64,000 bases of DNA from assembly GCF_036365525.1 (NCBI RefSeq), contig NC_090404.1, forward strand, positions 12,056,550 to 12,120,549. Direction: 5' to 3'. This DNA is from Heterodontus francisci. Taxonomy: Eukaryota. Made by a program: the position numbers and the translations under genes. Below the pieces are notes generated by a model. The model had not been told where the DNA came from. It made no database searches and saw only the letters and a program-made list of their open reading frames with translations. Position 1 is the stretch's first letter; each line of letters opens with the position of its first letter. Shown in pieces: positions 11,601-23,134 of this stretch.

Positions 11601-13570
11601 GAAGGTAAATTACTTGATTGCCATCCCTGATCTCCGGAAGAAGAACTGGTTGCGTTGCATCAATATATTAAAGCAATATTATCGCAGGGAGGAAGATAAG
11701 ATGTACAGATATGTCAGGTAATTGCGGATGTTGCGAAAGAAAAGGATAGTCAGGATGAGACAGAAGGAGGCATAGACAATTTTCAGTTTGAACCTCCAAC
11801 TATCAGATTGGCGAATACAGAATGGCTAGGATAATTGGACAAAATACTTTTGCACTTAGAGACAAAACAACGTGAAGACCTAACCAGGCTTTTCACAACA
11901 TTTAAAAAAGTCTGTCGGGATAAGCCAGGATATCCAACCTTAGCCACACATGATGTGGATATAAGGGGAACAGTTCCTTTAAAATAACATGCTTACCACT
12001 TAAGTCCGGACAAAAGGCTCAAGTAAAAGCAAAAGTCCAATACATGCTGGAAAACAATTTGATTGAACCTAGTCAAAGCAGCTGGAGTTCACCAATAGTT
12101 CTAGCACCTAAACCTGATGAGTCAACCCGATTTTGTAAAGACTACAGAAAAGTCAATGCAGTAACAAAGACAGTCTTCGACCCAATTCCGCATTTAGAAG
12201 ACTGTATCAACAGAGTGGGCAGTGCTAGGTTTTAAAAAAATGAAGATTGGCTTGTTATTAGCAAGTTCCTTTGACTCGTCGAGCCAAAGATTTATCAGCT
12301 TTTGTAACACCTGACAGTCTTTATCAATGCCGGGTGATGCCATTCAGGTTAAAAAATGCTCCAGCCACTTTTCAAAGATTAATGAATCGAGTGTTCCCAA
12401 TTGTGTAGTATATCTCGATGACGTACTAATATACTTGGCAAGAACACTTAAACCAGCTAAAAATTCTATTTAAAAAGTTGCAAGCAGTGGGCTTCGGGAT
12501 AAATCTGAGAAAAAGCGAATTCAGAAAAGCAAGAGTAACTTACCTGGGACACAGCGGGGCAAGGACAAGTATTGCCAAAAATGGCCTTAGTAGAGTTCCC
12601 TATCCCTACATCTAAACGGGAAATAATGAGGTTTTCAGGGATGTGCAGCTTCTACAGGAAATTTGTACTGAATTTTATTACTGTGGCTGCTCCATTAACC
12701 GATTTGCTACAAAAAATATACACAAAGTAGTATGGTCAGATGAATGCCAGGCAGCTTTTGAAAAGCTAAAGGCAATCTTAACTAATGAACGAGTGTTGGC
12801 TGCTCCACATTTTGCTAAATACTTTAAAGTGGCGATTGATGTTAGCAACCTGGGGTTGGTGCAGTCTTATTCCAGGATGACGAATTGGGCATGGAGAAGA
12901 AAGTCGGGAACTTTTCAAGAAAACTACATTGCATTCAAAAAAGTATCCCACTGTTGGACTTTAGCTGGCACTCAAACATTTTGAAGTAGATGTCCACCAA
13001 GACTATAATGAAACAATATATACTGACCATAACCCATTAACGTTTGTGGAAAATTTTAAAATCGAAATGCTAGAATGTTTAGGTGAAGTTTATTGTTACA
13101 GCCTTATCATTTGAAAATTGTACATATTTCGGGGAAAAACAGTTATCGCCGACGCTTTGTCACGAATTTAACCATGTTAAGTTATATGGATGGCGATGGT
13201 ACAAAGAAAATGCTGTAAATTATCAGTAGAGTGAATGGGTGCATGAATGTGGAAAATGTTAGAGTGTTTTTTTTTCCAGTTTCAGTTTTCTTTTGGATTG
13301 TAGTGAAACGCATTTTTAAGAATGACGTTTCATTTCACCAAGGGCGGAAGTGTCACGGAACTGTATTTATTATCTCCTCGGACTAAAACAGTGTGTGCCT
13401 TTAAGACTCTGTTTAAAAACATTGTGCCTTTGAAAAAACGAACAGGCACAGTGTGCCAGCAGCTGCACCTGTCGCTAGGCCATAGCAGGAGAGAGAGGTC
13501 ACATGGTGCACTGTAACAATTTGACTTTGTGCGGGGCTCACTCGCTTTCACAACTCCATTGATCAAATCC
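8625..13570 (+). mobile_element. Degenerate Gypsy LTR retrotransposon with Gmr1-type order (gag-PR-INT-RT-RNaseH); LTRs truncated, integrase core deleted
   Basis: 5' LTR ends near 8985; gag from ATG 9231 with degenerate CCHC knuckle (YHCHKTGHLRSEC); protease LRDTAATQT; integrase C-terminal GPF motif (RNFQPGDEVLVLLP...RFNGPF) lies BEFORE RT (IEPSQSSWSSPIVLAPKPD...DYRKVN); RNaseH remnant; PPT AAGGGCGGAAG then TG at 13351. Confidence 0.88.
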
Positions 13571-13574
13571 TTAT

Positions 13575-14080
13575 CCATTGAAAGCAGACAGGCACTGAGC
13601 TAATAGGCCGTTGATGGCCTCACCCACCTTCATAGGCAAAAATCTCAGTTCTCAAACCATTGAGACCTGGCAGATACTGAGATGACCCATTGTGAGAGGC
13701 ATCGATCACCTGCAAAAGTACTTTCCTCAGGTCTTTCACGATTGAGTATAATTTTACCCAGCAAATCTGTGCTTTGACAAAATTTCTTGTTAGCTCTATT
13801 TATCCCCATCCGGCCTATTTTATTTTGCTGCGTTCGCCCCATCTTCCCCATTTACTTCACACCCCCAGACTCTCCCGTTGCCATGAACAGTTGGGGAACA
13901 TCTTTGGAAAGCGAAATTGAAAAACAAAAGCAGAGTGTTAACAGGAAAAATCAAACAGCAGGTTAAAATAAAACAGTTATACATATGAAAAGAAGATCTG
14001 TTCAATGTCTCTCTGCAGGTGAGCGCGAATTCCCTCAGTGGATCAGCTCAGTGCCTCTCTGAACTCAATGGCTAAAATAT
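13575..14080. repeat. Degenerate ~75-bp satellite units in both orientations; related array at about 24480-24566 and 25008-25520
   Basis: Shared motifs CAGACAGGCACTGA, GCAAAAATCTCAG, TTGAGACC.GGCAGA.ACTGA and CCCTCAGTGGATCAGC. Confidence 0.6.
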
Positions 14081-14439
14081 GATACCCAGTGAGCAGACTT
14101 TTTACTCAGATCCCAGAGGCAGAAGCCTCAGACTGGTCCGGGAAGGAAACATTCGGGACACTGGCACTTGTCATAAGCTCCCACCCCGCTCCCCCTCCCC
14201 CACCCCCCCAACCGCCATAACCACCATGGATAAAGACAAGTGCTCTTGGACTCTTCCGCACCTGGAGCAAGTAGTCTGAGACACAGAAATCTCTTGTATG
14301 GTAGGTGAGGGGCTCTGGATTGGGCGGGGGAGGGGGCGGGGCGGAGCGTTTTGTGTGACTAGCCTCTGCTTTATGAGGGGAATTTAGGGTCAGATTGACA
14401 TCTGTCTGTGTATCTTTAAACTCTGTCTCACTCATAATG

Positions 14440-15490
14440 TACTGCAGAATATAAACAGAGGCAGCTCTGGTGAAGTAATAACTGAGATAGGGCCGAGAGT
14501 GGTAGAAAGGAGAAAAGATCTAATGCAATATAACAGAGGCATGACCTAGTTTAGTCATAACAAAAATAATCCTTAATATAGCATAAACAGATGCAGGTCT
14601 AATGCAGAAATTACTGAGACAGGCCCTACTATACTATAAGCAGATACTGGGTCTAGTGGAAAATAAGCAGCCAAATGGTCCAGTGCAGTCATAACTGAAA
14701 CAGGGTCTATTGTAATGTAAGGAGCGACAGAGTCAACTGTATTATGAACAGAGACATGGTCTTGTGCAGTAATAAGTGAGATTGGGCCAAGTGTAATAGG
14801 AACAGGGCAATGATCTGGTGCAGTATACCTGAGGCAGGGTCTGGTGTAATATAAACAGAGACAGGGTCTGGTGTAATATAAACAGAGACAGAGGCTAGAG
14901 CAATATAAACAGAGACAGGGTCCAGTGTAATATAAACAGGGGCCGGGTCTAGTGTAATATAAACAGAGACTGGGTCTAGTGTAATATAAACAGAGACTGG
15001 GTCTAGTGTAATATAAACAGAGACAGAGGCTAGAGCAATATAAACAGAGACAGGGTCTAGTGTAATGTAAACAGGGACAGAGGCTAGAGCAATATAAACA
15101 GAGACAGGGTCTGGTGTAATATAAACAGAGACAGGGTCTAGTGTAATATAAACAGGGGCCGGGTCTAATGTAATATAAACAGAGACAGGGTCTAGTGTAA
15201 TATAAACAGGGACAGATGCTAGAGCAATATAAACAGAGACAGTTTCCAATGTAATATAAACAGAGACAGGGTCTCGTGTAATATAAACAGGGACAGAGGC
15301 CAGAGCAATATAAACAGAGACAGGGTCTAGTGTAATATAAACAGGGACAGAGGCGAGAGCAATATAAACAGAGATAGGGTCCAGTGTAATATAAACAGAG
15401 ACAGTGTCCAGTGTAATATAAACAGAGACAGGGTCTAGTGTAATATAAACAGGGTCCTGGTCTAGAGTAATATAAACAGAGACAGAGTGT
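14440..15490 (+). repeat. 27-bp minisatellite (GTGTAATATAAACAGAGACAGGGTCTA)n
   Basis: Near-perfect tandem copies at 14840-15490, more decayed units to the left. Confidence 0.95.
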
Positions 15491-15660
15491 CTTCTTTGGC
15501 CTCCTTATCTCGAGAGACAATGGGTAAGCGCCTGCAGGAGGTCAGTGGTGTGTGGAGCAGAGCCTGGGGTGGCTATAAAGGCCAATTCTAGTGTGACAGA
15601 CTCTTCCACAGGTGCTGCAGAAAAATTTGTTTGTCTCTCAAGACAAGGAGGCCAAAGCAG
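15491..15660 (-). mobile_element. Short LINE 3'-end fragment (probably RTE-like) with inverted termini
   Basis: CTTTGGCCTCCTTATCTCGAGAGACAA ... TTGTCTCTCAAGACAAGGAGGCCAAAG form an inverted pair; family assignment is from memory only. Confidence 0.5.
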
Positions 15661-16055
15661 AATTGTTAGGATCTTCGCACCAGGCTGATTTCTGTCTACA
15701 TTGTAGATTTATATTTTAATGCAAAACTTATTATTATTTGTTAATTCGCAGTGAGTTATATCGGAAGTAGCAGCGCACGGATATAACTAGTTCCGGGCCA
15801 CCTGTTGGAGTTTATATTATCAATGTGAATGGTGAATTCCCAGAGATACACAAATAAACAACAGACAATTCTGCCCTCACACAGTTAATGTGATAATTAG
15901 ACGGAATCAGTGATCGATGTGAATGATTTTTGATGGTGTTTATGTGGATTGTGCTCGGGTTCTGCCCGCACAGGAATGTATTCACTTGTCAGTGTGTGAT
16001 CCGCTGTTATAAACAGCCCTCAGCAGACAGCAGCTGTGATCCAGAAACCTGCGGC

Positions 16056-17124
16056 AGTTATTGTACGAGGCTGTAGCTCGTTCCCATCACTGAGAGACTC
16101 AGTGCACAGTAACAGACCGCGGTGTCAGACGGCCGCAGCTCCGAGATGGTCAATCGGTACAACTTGTCTGAATGCTGGACTGTATCAGAAAATTGGTTGT
16201 GAGCGAAATCCACCTCAAATTCAGCGCGGCTCTTGTCCCTCCGGACTGAAAACTCGGGCTGTCTGCCTGGGTGTTGTTGGTACCAGAATAAGTAATAACC
16301 ATCGTCGGGACAGATGCAGGTTAAAGTGACATCTTCTCCCTCTGTCTGTGTGAGCGAGGACTCCCGCTGACTGACAGAATCTCCATCTCTCAGATCTGGA
16401 ACACACGGTTAAAGAAAGGGGAAATCACCGATTAAAAGTTCAAAATAGACCGAACTGACGGTGAAAATTCTGTTAGTGTTTCATAAATTTAAATAGAATT
16501 TAAAGCATAGGTCATTCGGCCCAACTGGTCCATGCCAGGGTTCCCACTCCCCACGAGCATCCTCCACCCCTCTTCATCTCAGTCTATCAGCATATCCTTC
16601 CACCCCTTTCTCTCTCATCTGTTTATCTAGCTTCCCCTTAAATGCATCTCTGCTATTCACCATTCTCTGGATGAAGAATTTTGAATTCCCGAGTGGATCT
16701 TTTGGCGATTCTAATATTTATGACCCATTGTTTTGGTATCCTCTTCAAGTGGAAACATCTTCTCCAGTTCTACCTATTGAATACCTTGATAATTTTAAAG
16801 ACATCTATCAGATTGCCCTCAGTCTTCTCTTTACGAGAGGAAAGAGCCTCAGCTGGTATAGTGTTTTCTGATAGCTATTATTTCTCAATTCTGGCATCAT
16901 CCTTGTGAATCGTTTTTTGCATTTTTTCCCTACATCCTTGTTGTCATATGGCGACCAGAGCTGCTCACAATACTCCAATTGTGGTCTGACCAAGTTCGAC
17001 ACAATTTACCATGAACTCTGTTTTTTCAAATTTATTTCTGTCGAAATTAATCCCTTTTTAAAGTTTGGAATTTCTTATCGACAACGAATGTCACCCAGAG
17101 CCCAGCGAGAAGAGGGAGCCGTAT
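16056..17124 (-). pseudogene. TRAV/DV: TCR alpha/delta-type V pseudogene with open V exon (16095-16395) but dead leader (17079-17124) and mutated RSS heptamer
   Basis: V exon DLRDGDSVSQRESSLTQTEGEDVTLTCICPDDGYYLFWYQQHPGRQPEF...YRLTISELRPSDTAVCYCALS. RSS is CTCAGTG-23-ACAATAACT. The 46-nt leader homologue starts ATA and its donor reads AT instead of GT. A CR1 fragment sits in the intron. Confidence 0.88.
16500..17010 (-). mobile_element. CR1 LINE 3' fragment inside the V pseudogene intron
   Basis: LVRPQLEYCEQLWSPY...RFTRMMPEL and a CR1-type 3' UTR. Confidence 0.8.
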
Positions 17125-17193
17125 TGCTGCTGCTGCGGAATTCGAGGGACTTTCGACCTCTCAGAAATCTGGAGAACATGAAAAGAGCTGAGG

Positions 17194-17274
17194 CTGGTCT
17201 GACGTCACTTCCTGAAGAGCCTCAAATGGAGAAAGCTGAGAGGATTGGCTCTGACTGGTCTGATGTCACTTCCT
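17194..17274 (-). promoter_or_regulatory. Duplicated Ets + CRE/TCR-decamer motifs with CCAAT box upstream of the V pseudogene leader
   Basis: Minus strand AGGAAGTGACATCAGACCAG and AGGAAGTGACGTCAGACCAG, 61 bp apart (TGACGTCA at 17200-17207), with ATTGG at 17244-17248 between them. Confidence 0.7.
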
Positions 17275-17635
17275 TAACCACAAGTCCTTGTTTATTTTAG
17301 AGAACTGAGACAGTAAATTCGCATTCTGCTCATCAGAGAGAAAGATTAATAAACGTGAACAGATGGATCTCCAGTTGACCAGAGACAGAATGATCTCGAA
17401 TTGATCTGAGAGGAGCTTGATGTTCAGTTGATCTGAGAGACAGCTTGATCTCCAATTGATCAGAGAGAAAGTTTTGTCTTTGCTTGACCTGAGGGAAGTC
17501 CTGTCAAGAAACAAAGACTGGTGTTGAATGCAGATAAAGATGTTCAGTTTATTTCACTATCACTAATCAGACCTATCTGGTTGACGGGGATCGGGTTTGT
17601 TTACTCCTCTGCTGAAAACACACAAGGGGAAGATT

Positions 17636-19450
17636 TCAAAGAACAAAGAACAAAGAACAGTACAGCACAGGAACAGGCCATTCGGCCCTCCAAGCCTGCG
17701 CCGATCTTGATGCCTGCCTAAACTAACACCATCTGCACTTTCGGGGCCCATATCCCTCCATTCCCTTCCCATTCATATATTTGTCAAGATGTCTCTTAAA
17801 CGTCACTACCGTATCTGCTTCCACCACCTCCCCTGGCAGCAAGTTCCAGGCACTCACCACCTTCTGTGCAAAAAACTTGCCTCGCACATCCCCTCTAAAC
17901 TTTGCCCCTCGCACCTTTTAGCTATGTCCCCTAGTAACTGACTCCTCCACCCTGGGAAAAAGCTTCTGACTATCCACTCTGTCCATGCCGCTCATAACTT
18001 TGTAAACCTCTATCATGTCGCCCCTCCACCTCCGTCGTTCCAGTGAAAACAATCCGAGTTTATCCAACCTCTCCTCATAGCTAATGCCCTCCAGACCAGG
18101 CAACATCCTGATAAACCTCCTCTGCACCCTCTCCAAAGCCTCCACGTCCTTCTGGTAGTGTGGCGACCAGAATTGCACGCAATATTCTAAGTGTGGCCTA
18201 ACTAAGCTTCTGTACAGCTGCAACATGACTTGCCAATTTTTATACTCTATGCCCCGACCGATGAACGCAAGCATGCCGTATGCCTTCTTGACTACTTCAT
18301 CCACCTGCGTTGCCACTTTCAGTGACCTGTGGACCTGTATGCCCAGATCTCTCTGCCTGTCAATTCTCCTAAGGGTTCTGCCATTTACTGTATACCTTCC
18401 ACCTGCATTAGACCTTCCAAAATGCATTACCTCACATTTGTCCGGATTAAACTCCATCTGCCATTTCTCCACCCAAGTCTCCAACCGATCTATATCCTGC
18501 TGTATCCTCTGACAATCCTCATCATTATCCGCAACTCCACCAACCTCTGTGTCATCCGCAAACTTACTAATCAGACCAGCTACATTTTCCTCCAAATCAT
18601 TTATATATATTACAAAGAGTAAAGGTCCCAGCGTTGATCCCTGCGGAACACCACTAGTCACATCCCTCCATTCAGAAAAACACCCATCTACTGTTACCCT
18701 CTGTCTTTTGTGACTGAGCCAGTTCTGTATCCATCTTGCCAGCTCACCTCTGATCCCGTGTGACTTCACCTTTTGCACCGGTCTGCCATGCGGGACCTTG
18801 TCAAAGGCTTTACTAAAGTCCATATGGACAACATCCACCTTATCAATCATCTTCGTCAATTCCTCAAAAAACGCAATTAAATTAGTAAGACACGACCTCC
18901 CCTTCACAAAACCATGCTGTCTCCCGCTAATAAGTTCGTTTGTTTCCAAATGGGAGTAAATCCTGTCCCGAAGAATCCTCTCTAATAGTTTCCCGACCAC
19001 TGATGTAAGGCTCACCGGCATATAATTTCCTGAATTATCCTTATCACCCTTCTTAAACAAAGGAACAACATTGGCTATTCTCCAGTCCTCTGCGACCTCA
19101 GCTATAGCCAATGAGGATGCAAAGATTTCTGTCAAGGCCCCAGCAATTTCTTCCCTTGCCTCCTTCAGTATTCTGGGGTAGATCCCATCAGGCCCTGGGG
19201 ACTTATCTACCTTAATGCTTTGCAAGACACCCAACACCTCCTCCTTTTTGATAATGAGATGACTAAGACTATCTGCACTCCCTTCCCTCGGCTCATCATC
19301 CACCAAGTCCTCCTCCTTGGTGAATACGGATGCAAAGTACTCATTTAGCACCTCACCCATTTCCTCTGGCTCCACGCATAGATTCCCATCTCTGTCCTTG
19401 AGTGGGCCAACCCTTTCCCTGGTTACCCTGTTGCTCTTTATATATGTATA
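17636..19450 (-). mobile_element. Young 5'-truncated CR1 LINE with long open RT frame
   Basis: ORF 17918-19504: SPGPDGIYPRILKE...QHGFVKGRSCLTNL...SGVPQGSTLGPLLFVIYINDL...KFADDT; (TTCTTTG)n-type 3' tail. Confidence 0.95.
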
Positions 19451-19736
19451 TTTCCTCTGGTGTCTCTGTGATCGTGACATATCAAACAGAACAGGAAAAT
19501 GCATGGACAGTGAACTGGAGAAACTTGCAATTTAACCCCCAATACCCGCTATGTTGGCCTGGTTTTCGCCTGTCGATTCCTCATTATAGAGTGAATGAAA
19601 TCTGAAATCTGACTCCTCTATTCAGAGCTGATGGGAGCTGCCTTGCGGGAACATTCTGTCCGGAGAATAACCTACCTGTTCAGAGTATCACAGAGCCGGC
19701 AGCCACACACTGTTCAAGTTACACACAGTGTGCTGA

Positions 19737-20219
19737 AGGTTTTGTACAGGGTGCACACGGAACTGTGTAGCTGTGTGTCTCAGGGGACAGTAATATACGG
19801 CGCTGTCTGACAGCTCCGCCGCAGAAACAGTCAGCTGAACCGTACTCTCTTCTGTGCTCAACTCTGCTGTAAAACGGTCCATGGCGAAGTCGACTGGAAG
19901 GTATCATATTGGGTGATAAGCAACACGTTTCCCGGAGCCCGACCGGGAAGCTGCCAGTACCAGAAAAGATAAGGGTTTGTACTTGTTGTTTCAAAACTTC
20001 AATTCAGCATCACCGCTCCTTCTTCCCGCACTGTCTTGGTCGAATAGCCCTGATGAACCGAATCGCCGCCAACGCTGCTGGCTGAAAGAGAAATTAAACA
20101 TGAACAACTAACCGCCTCAATAACCAGACCTGTTAGTGTTTATTTATACACAGATTCTACATGTACTTACACAGCACAGAGAGGGCCCAAACCAGGCTGG
20201 AATAAATAAGGAAACACAT
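19737..20219 (-). pseudogene. TRAV/DV: TCR alpha/delta-type V pseudogene (leader 20171-20219, V exon 19776-20081, 23-RSS 19737-19775)
   Basis: Leader MCFLIYSSLVWALSVL|GTAAGT. Exon SSVGGDSVHQ...AVMLN*SFETTSTNPYLFWYWQLPG has the first Cys changed to TGA and a frameshift near CDR2, then DRFTAELS...SDSAVYYCPLR. RSS is CACAGCT-23-ACAAAACCT. Confidence 0.9.
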
Positions 20220-21317
20220 CACTGTCCGCTTGTCGAATGAGAGCAGCGACACTTTCTCTCCAGTGGCAAAAACTGCCACCCACACCGGAACAGGCTGATC
20301 TATTTTACCCTGTGACAGGGATAGAAAGGAAACTGACTCTGCAGTCATGTCATATCCGTTATTGACAATGTCACATCATCAGGGAACAGGAAGAATTGTT
20401 GCGGTCGCTGTTTGTGCAGCAACATCAGAAATGTTTCATTGAAGAGTCCTCTGGACAGTATTTCCAGCGAAATTGTAAACTTTGTTTTTACTTGTTCAAC
20501 CATTTAATCGCAAAGAATGTATTTAAGGTCAGCTTAGAGAGAGGTCAGAGGAAACCATCGCGGAACTATTTACGATTCACTGTATTCAATGAACAGGGCA
20601 ATTATCCCACTCAGTTCGTTATTCAGTTCATTTGCATGTACCTGTGGTATTTTACATGGACAGTACGGAGCTGCCATTAGCGTTAACGGGGGACAGGATA
20701 TGATTTTAATCACTGAACACAACCGAGAGTCGGTGGAAAATCGTTCCAGAGCCACAATTGGCCAGAGACTGAATGATGCCAGTTTTCCTGGGTCGATGGC
20801 GCCCCCTAGTCTCTCTTTAATTCCCCATTTCATAGAATCCTGCGGCAATGGAGGAGGCCATTCGGTCCATCGTGTACGTGCTGGCATTTGATTATTGCCA
20901 CTGCTCTGCTCTTCCCCCAGTGGCCTGTAAATTTATCCTTTTCAAGTATATATTTAATTAATTTCTGGGAATTCCTATTTGGACAGGAAGGGCGTGAACT
21001 GCACAAGAATTGTGATAATAGAGAGAGTTTAGTCCTCGGGAATTGCTCGGTGTTCGGAATGCGTGTGCGCCCATCTGTGTGGTGGTCTATCTCAATTATA
21101 TATACTGTGTGTGTACATGTGTGTGTGCGCAGTTAAACAGGATATAGTTATTTTAATAAATGAATAATTGACAGAAAGATGGAGACTGTAAAGTATTAAG
21201 CTTATAATATTGGAAGATGGTTGCAAACAATGACCGGCTGAAGGTTTTCCTGGTAACCTCACCTCACGTGGGCTGTTTAATGTCGAGCGAACATTCCCGC
21301 CTCGGTTATGTTGTGAA

Positions 21318-21421
21318 GTGCTTGTGCTAGTGATCATCAGCAGATTATTGATGAAGAGAGGGACACAGGTGCTTGTGCTAGTGATCATCAGCAGTTTACT
21401 GGTGAAGAGAGGGACACAGGT
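21318..21421. repeat. 51-bp tandem duplication
   Basis: GTGCTTGTGCTAGTGATCATCAGCAG...GAAGAGAGGGACACAG occurs twice. Confidence 0.9.
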
Positions 21422-21949
21422 ACCTCGCCACTTCCTCACCACAGGCTGGTTAGCTGTTACCATCCAGCTCCAGTGCAGTGAACTCCTCCCTGGGACGGAT
21501 CAGGGTCAGACACTGAACACACTGCACCCCACCAGGGACATCACAAACTGCCCCCTCCCTGGTTTCGTCATTGCTGGAGGGATTGAAGCTGGAATATTGG
21601 AACAGGATTGGCCATTCAGCCCCTTCGAGCCTGATGAAACATTCTATTAGATCATGGCTGATCTGCACCTCAGTTCCATTTTCCCGCCTTTGATCCATTT
21701 CCTTTGATATCTTTACCTACAAGAATCTATTGCTTCGTGTCTTGAGAATGTGCAGGGTTACAGGGGGAAGGTGGGGGAATGGCATTAGGTGAATTGCTCT
21801 TTCGGAGAGCCAGTGCAGACAGGATGGGCCGAACGTCCTCCTTCTGCGCTGGAACAATTCTGTGATTCTGATTCGGCGATTTTAACCAAATTGACATCAA
21901 GATCTGACAGAAGCTCTCGATTCATTAGAACATGATTATTATCATTTTT

Positions 21950-22770
21950 TGAATGTGGAAGGAGAAATGTTTGTCTCTTCTGTCTGTCGGAAACAATTTC
22001 AAACATCAATGTGACTGGAAAAGCACCGAGACACACACACCCGAGTGGGAGTGTTCCAGTGCACTGACTGTGGAAAGAGCTTTAACCAGTTACACAGCCT
22101 GAAAAACCATCATTCCATTCACATCGGGGAGAAACCGTACACGTGTTCTGTGTGTGGCTGAGGCTTTAACTGATCATCCGATCTAGAGAGACAGAAGGAC
22201 ACCCACTCCACGGCGAAACCGTGGACATTTGGAGACTGTAGGAGGGGATTCAAGTGTGAGAGGCTGTTCCGCTGCTCCATTTGTGGGAACCAATTCACTC
22301 AGTCATCCAACCTCCATACACATCAGCGTGTTCAAACTGGAGAGCGTCCGTTCACCTGTATTGAATGTGGGAAGGTATTAAATGTTTTATCGCACCTTCT
22401 GTCGCACCAGCGAGTTCACTCTGATAAGAGACCGTTTAAATTTTTTGACTGTGAAAAGAGCTTTAAGAACAAAAGTCAACTGCTAAGACACCAGCAGCTT
22501 CACACTGGGGAGAGGCCGTTCACCTGCTCCGTGTGTGGAGACAGATTCACTTGATGCAGCAACCTCGCTTTACATCAACTTGTCCATACCGAGCAGAAAC
22601 CGTTTAAATGTTCCAACTGTGAAATGAGCTTTAAAAGCGCAAGTGATTTGCTGAAAAGCCAGTGAGTTCATATTGGGGAGAGGCCGTTCACTTACTCAGT
22701 GCGTGGAAAGGGATTTAATCGATCAGCCAACCTGATGAGATACCAAAAAGTTCACAACTTTAAAAGTGAC
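21950..22770 (+). pseudogene. Decayed multi-finger C2H2 zinc-finger gene
   Basis: FQCTDCGKSFNQLHSLKNHHSIHIGEKPYTCSVCG*...HQRVQTGERPFTCIECGK...HTGERPFTCSVCGDRFT*, with several stops and lost Cys/His residues. Confidence 0.9.
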
Positions 22771-23134
22771 TGCAGGGATTCACATCCAGTTAATCAGATC
22801 TAGGACTGACCCATGTTTATTCTGACTGCCGGGCTTCATATCTGCTGATATTAATAATATTTATAACTGGGATGGAATTTGATATTCTGGCGATGTCTTT
22901 ACTTTACTTTGTAACCATTACTCTTGAAATAAAGTATCTCCCTTCAGGCTATGCTCAAGGTTTAGTGGGATGAAACCAAACAGTGATTTACATCCACATT
23001 TTTCAATTTATTATGTTGTATTTGATGCTCCCGATGCGGTCTGCTCCACACTGGGCAGACCGAACACAGACTGAGTGTTCGTTTTGTAGAACACCTCTGT
23101 TCAGATTATCAAGTATAGTAATATCAAGCGGCTC

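Noticed and set aside
14573-15520. 315-aa Cys/Tyr-rich ORF (PCLCLYYTR repeats)
   Set aside because: Product of a 27-bp minisatellite whose other arrays do not keep the frame
16095-16395. Calling this a bona fide NAR-TCR supporting V, or proposing a second intradomain disulfide
   Set aside because: A decayed leader is present, the heptamer is mutated at a critical position, no NAR-type V-D-J is seen upstream, and both extra Cys can be single TAT-to-TGT changes at positions unlikely to pair
17918-19504. 528-aa ORF as a host gene
   Set aside because: It is the RT part of a 5'-truncated CR1; the first residues come from flanking DNA
20630-20637. Perfect octamer ATTTGCAT upstream of the third V
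   Set aside because: About 410 bp from the ATG, too far for an Ig-type promoter octamer, and expected by chance in a window this size
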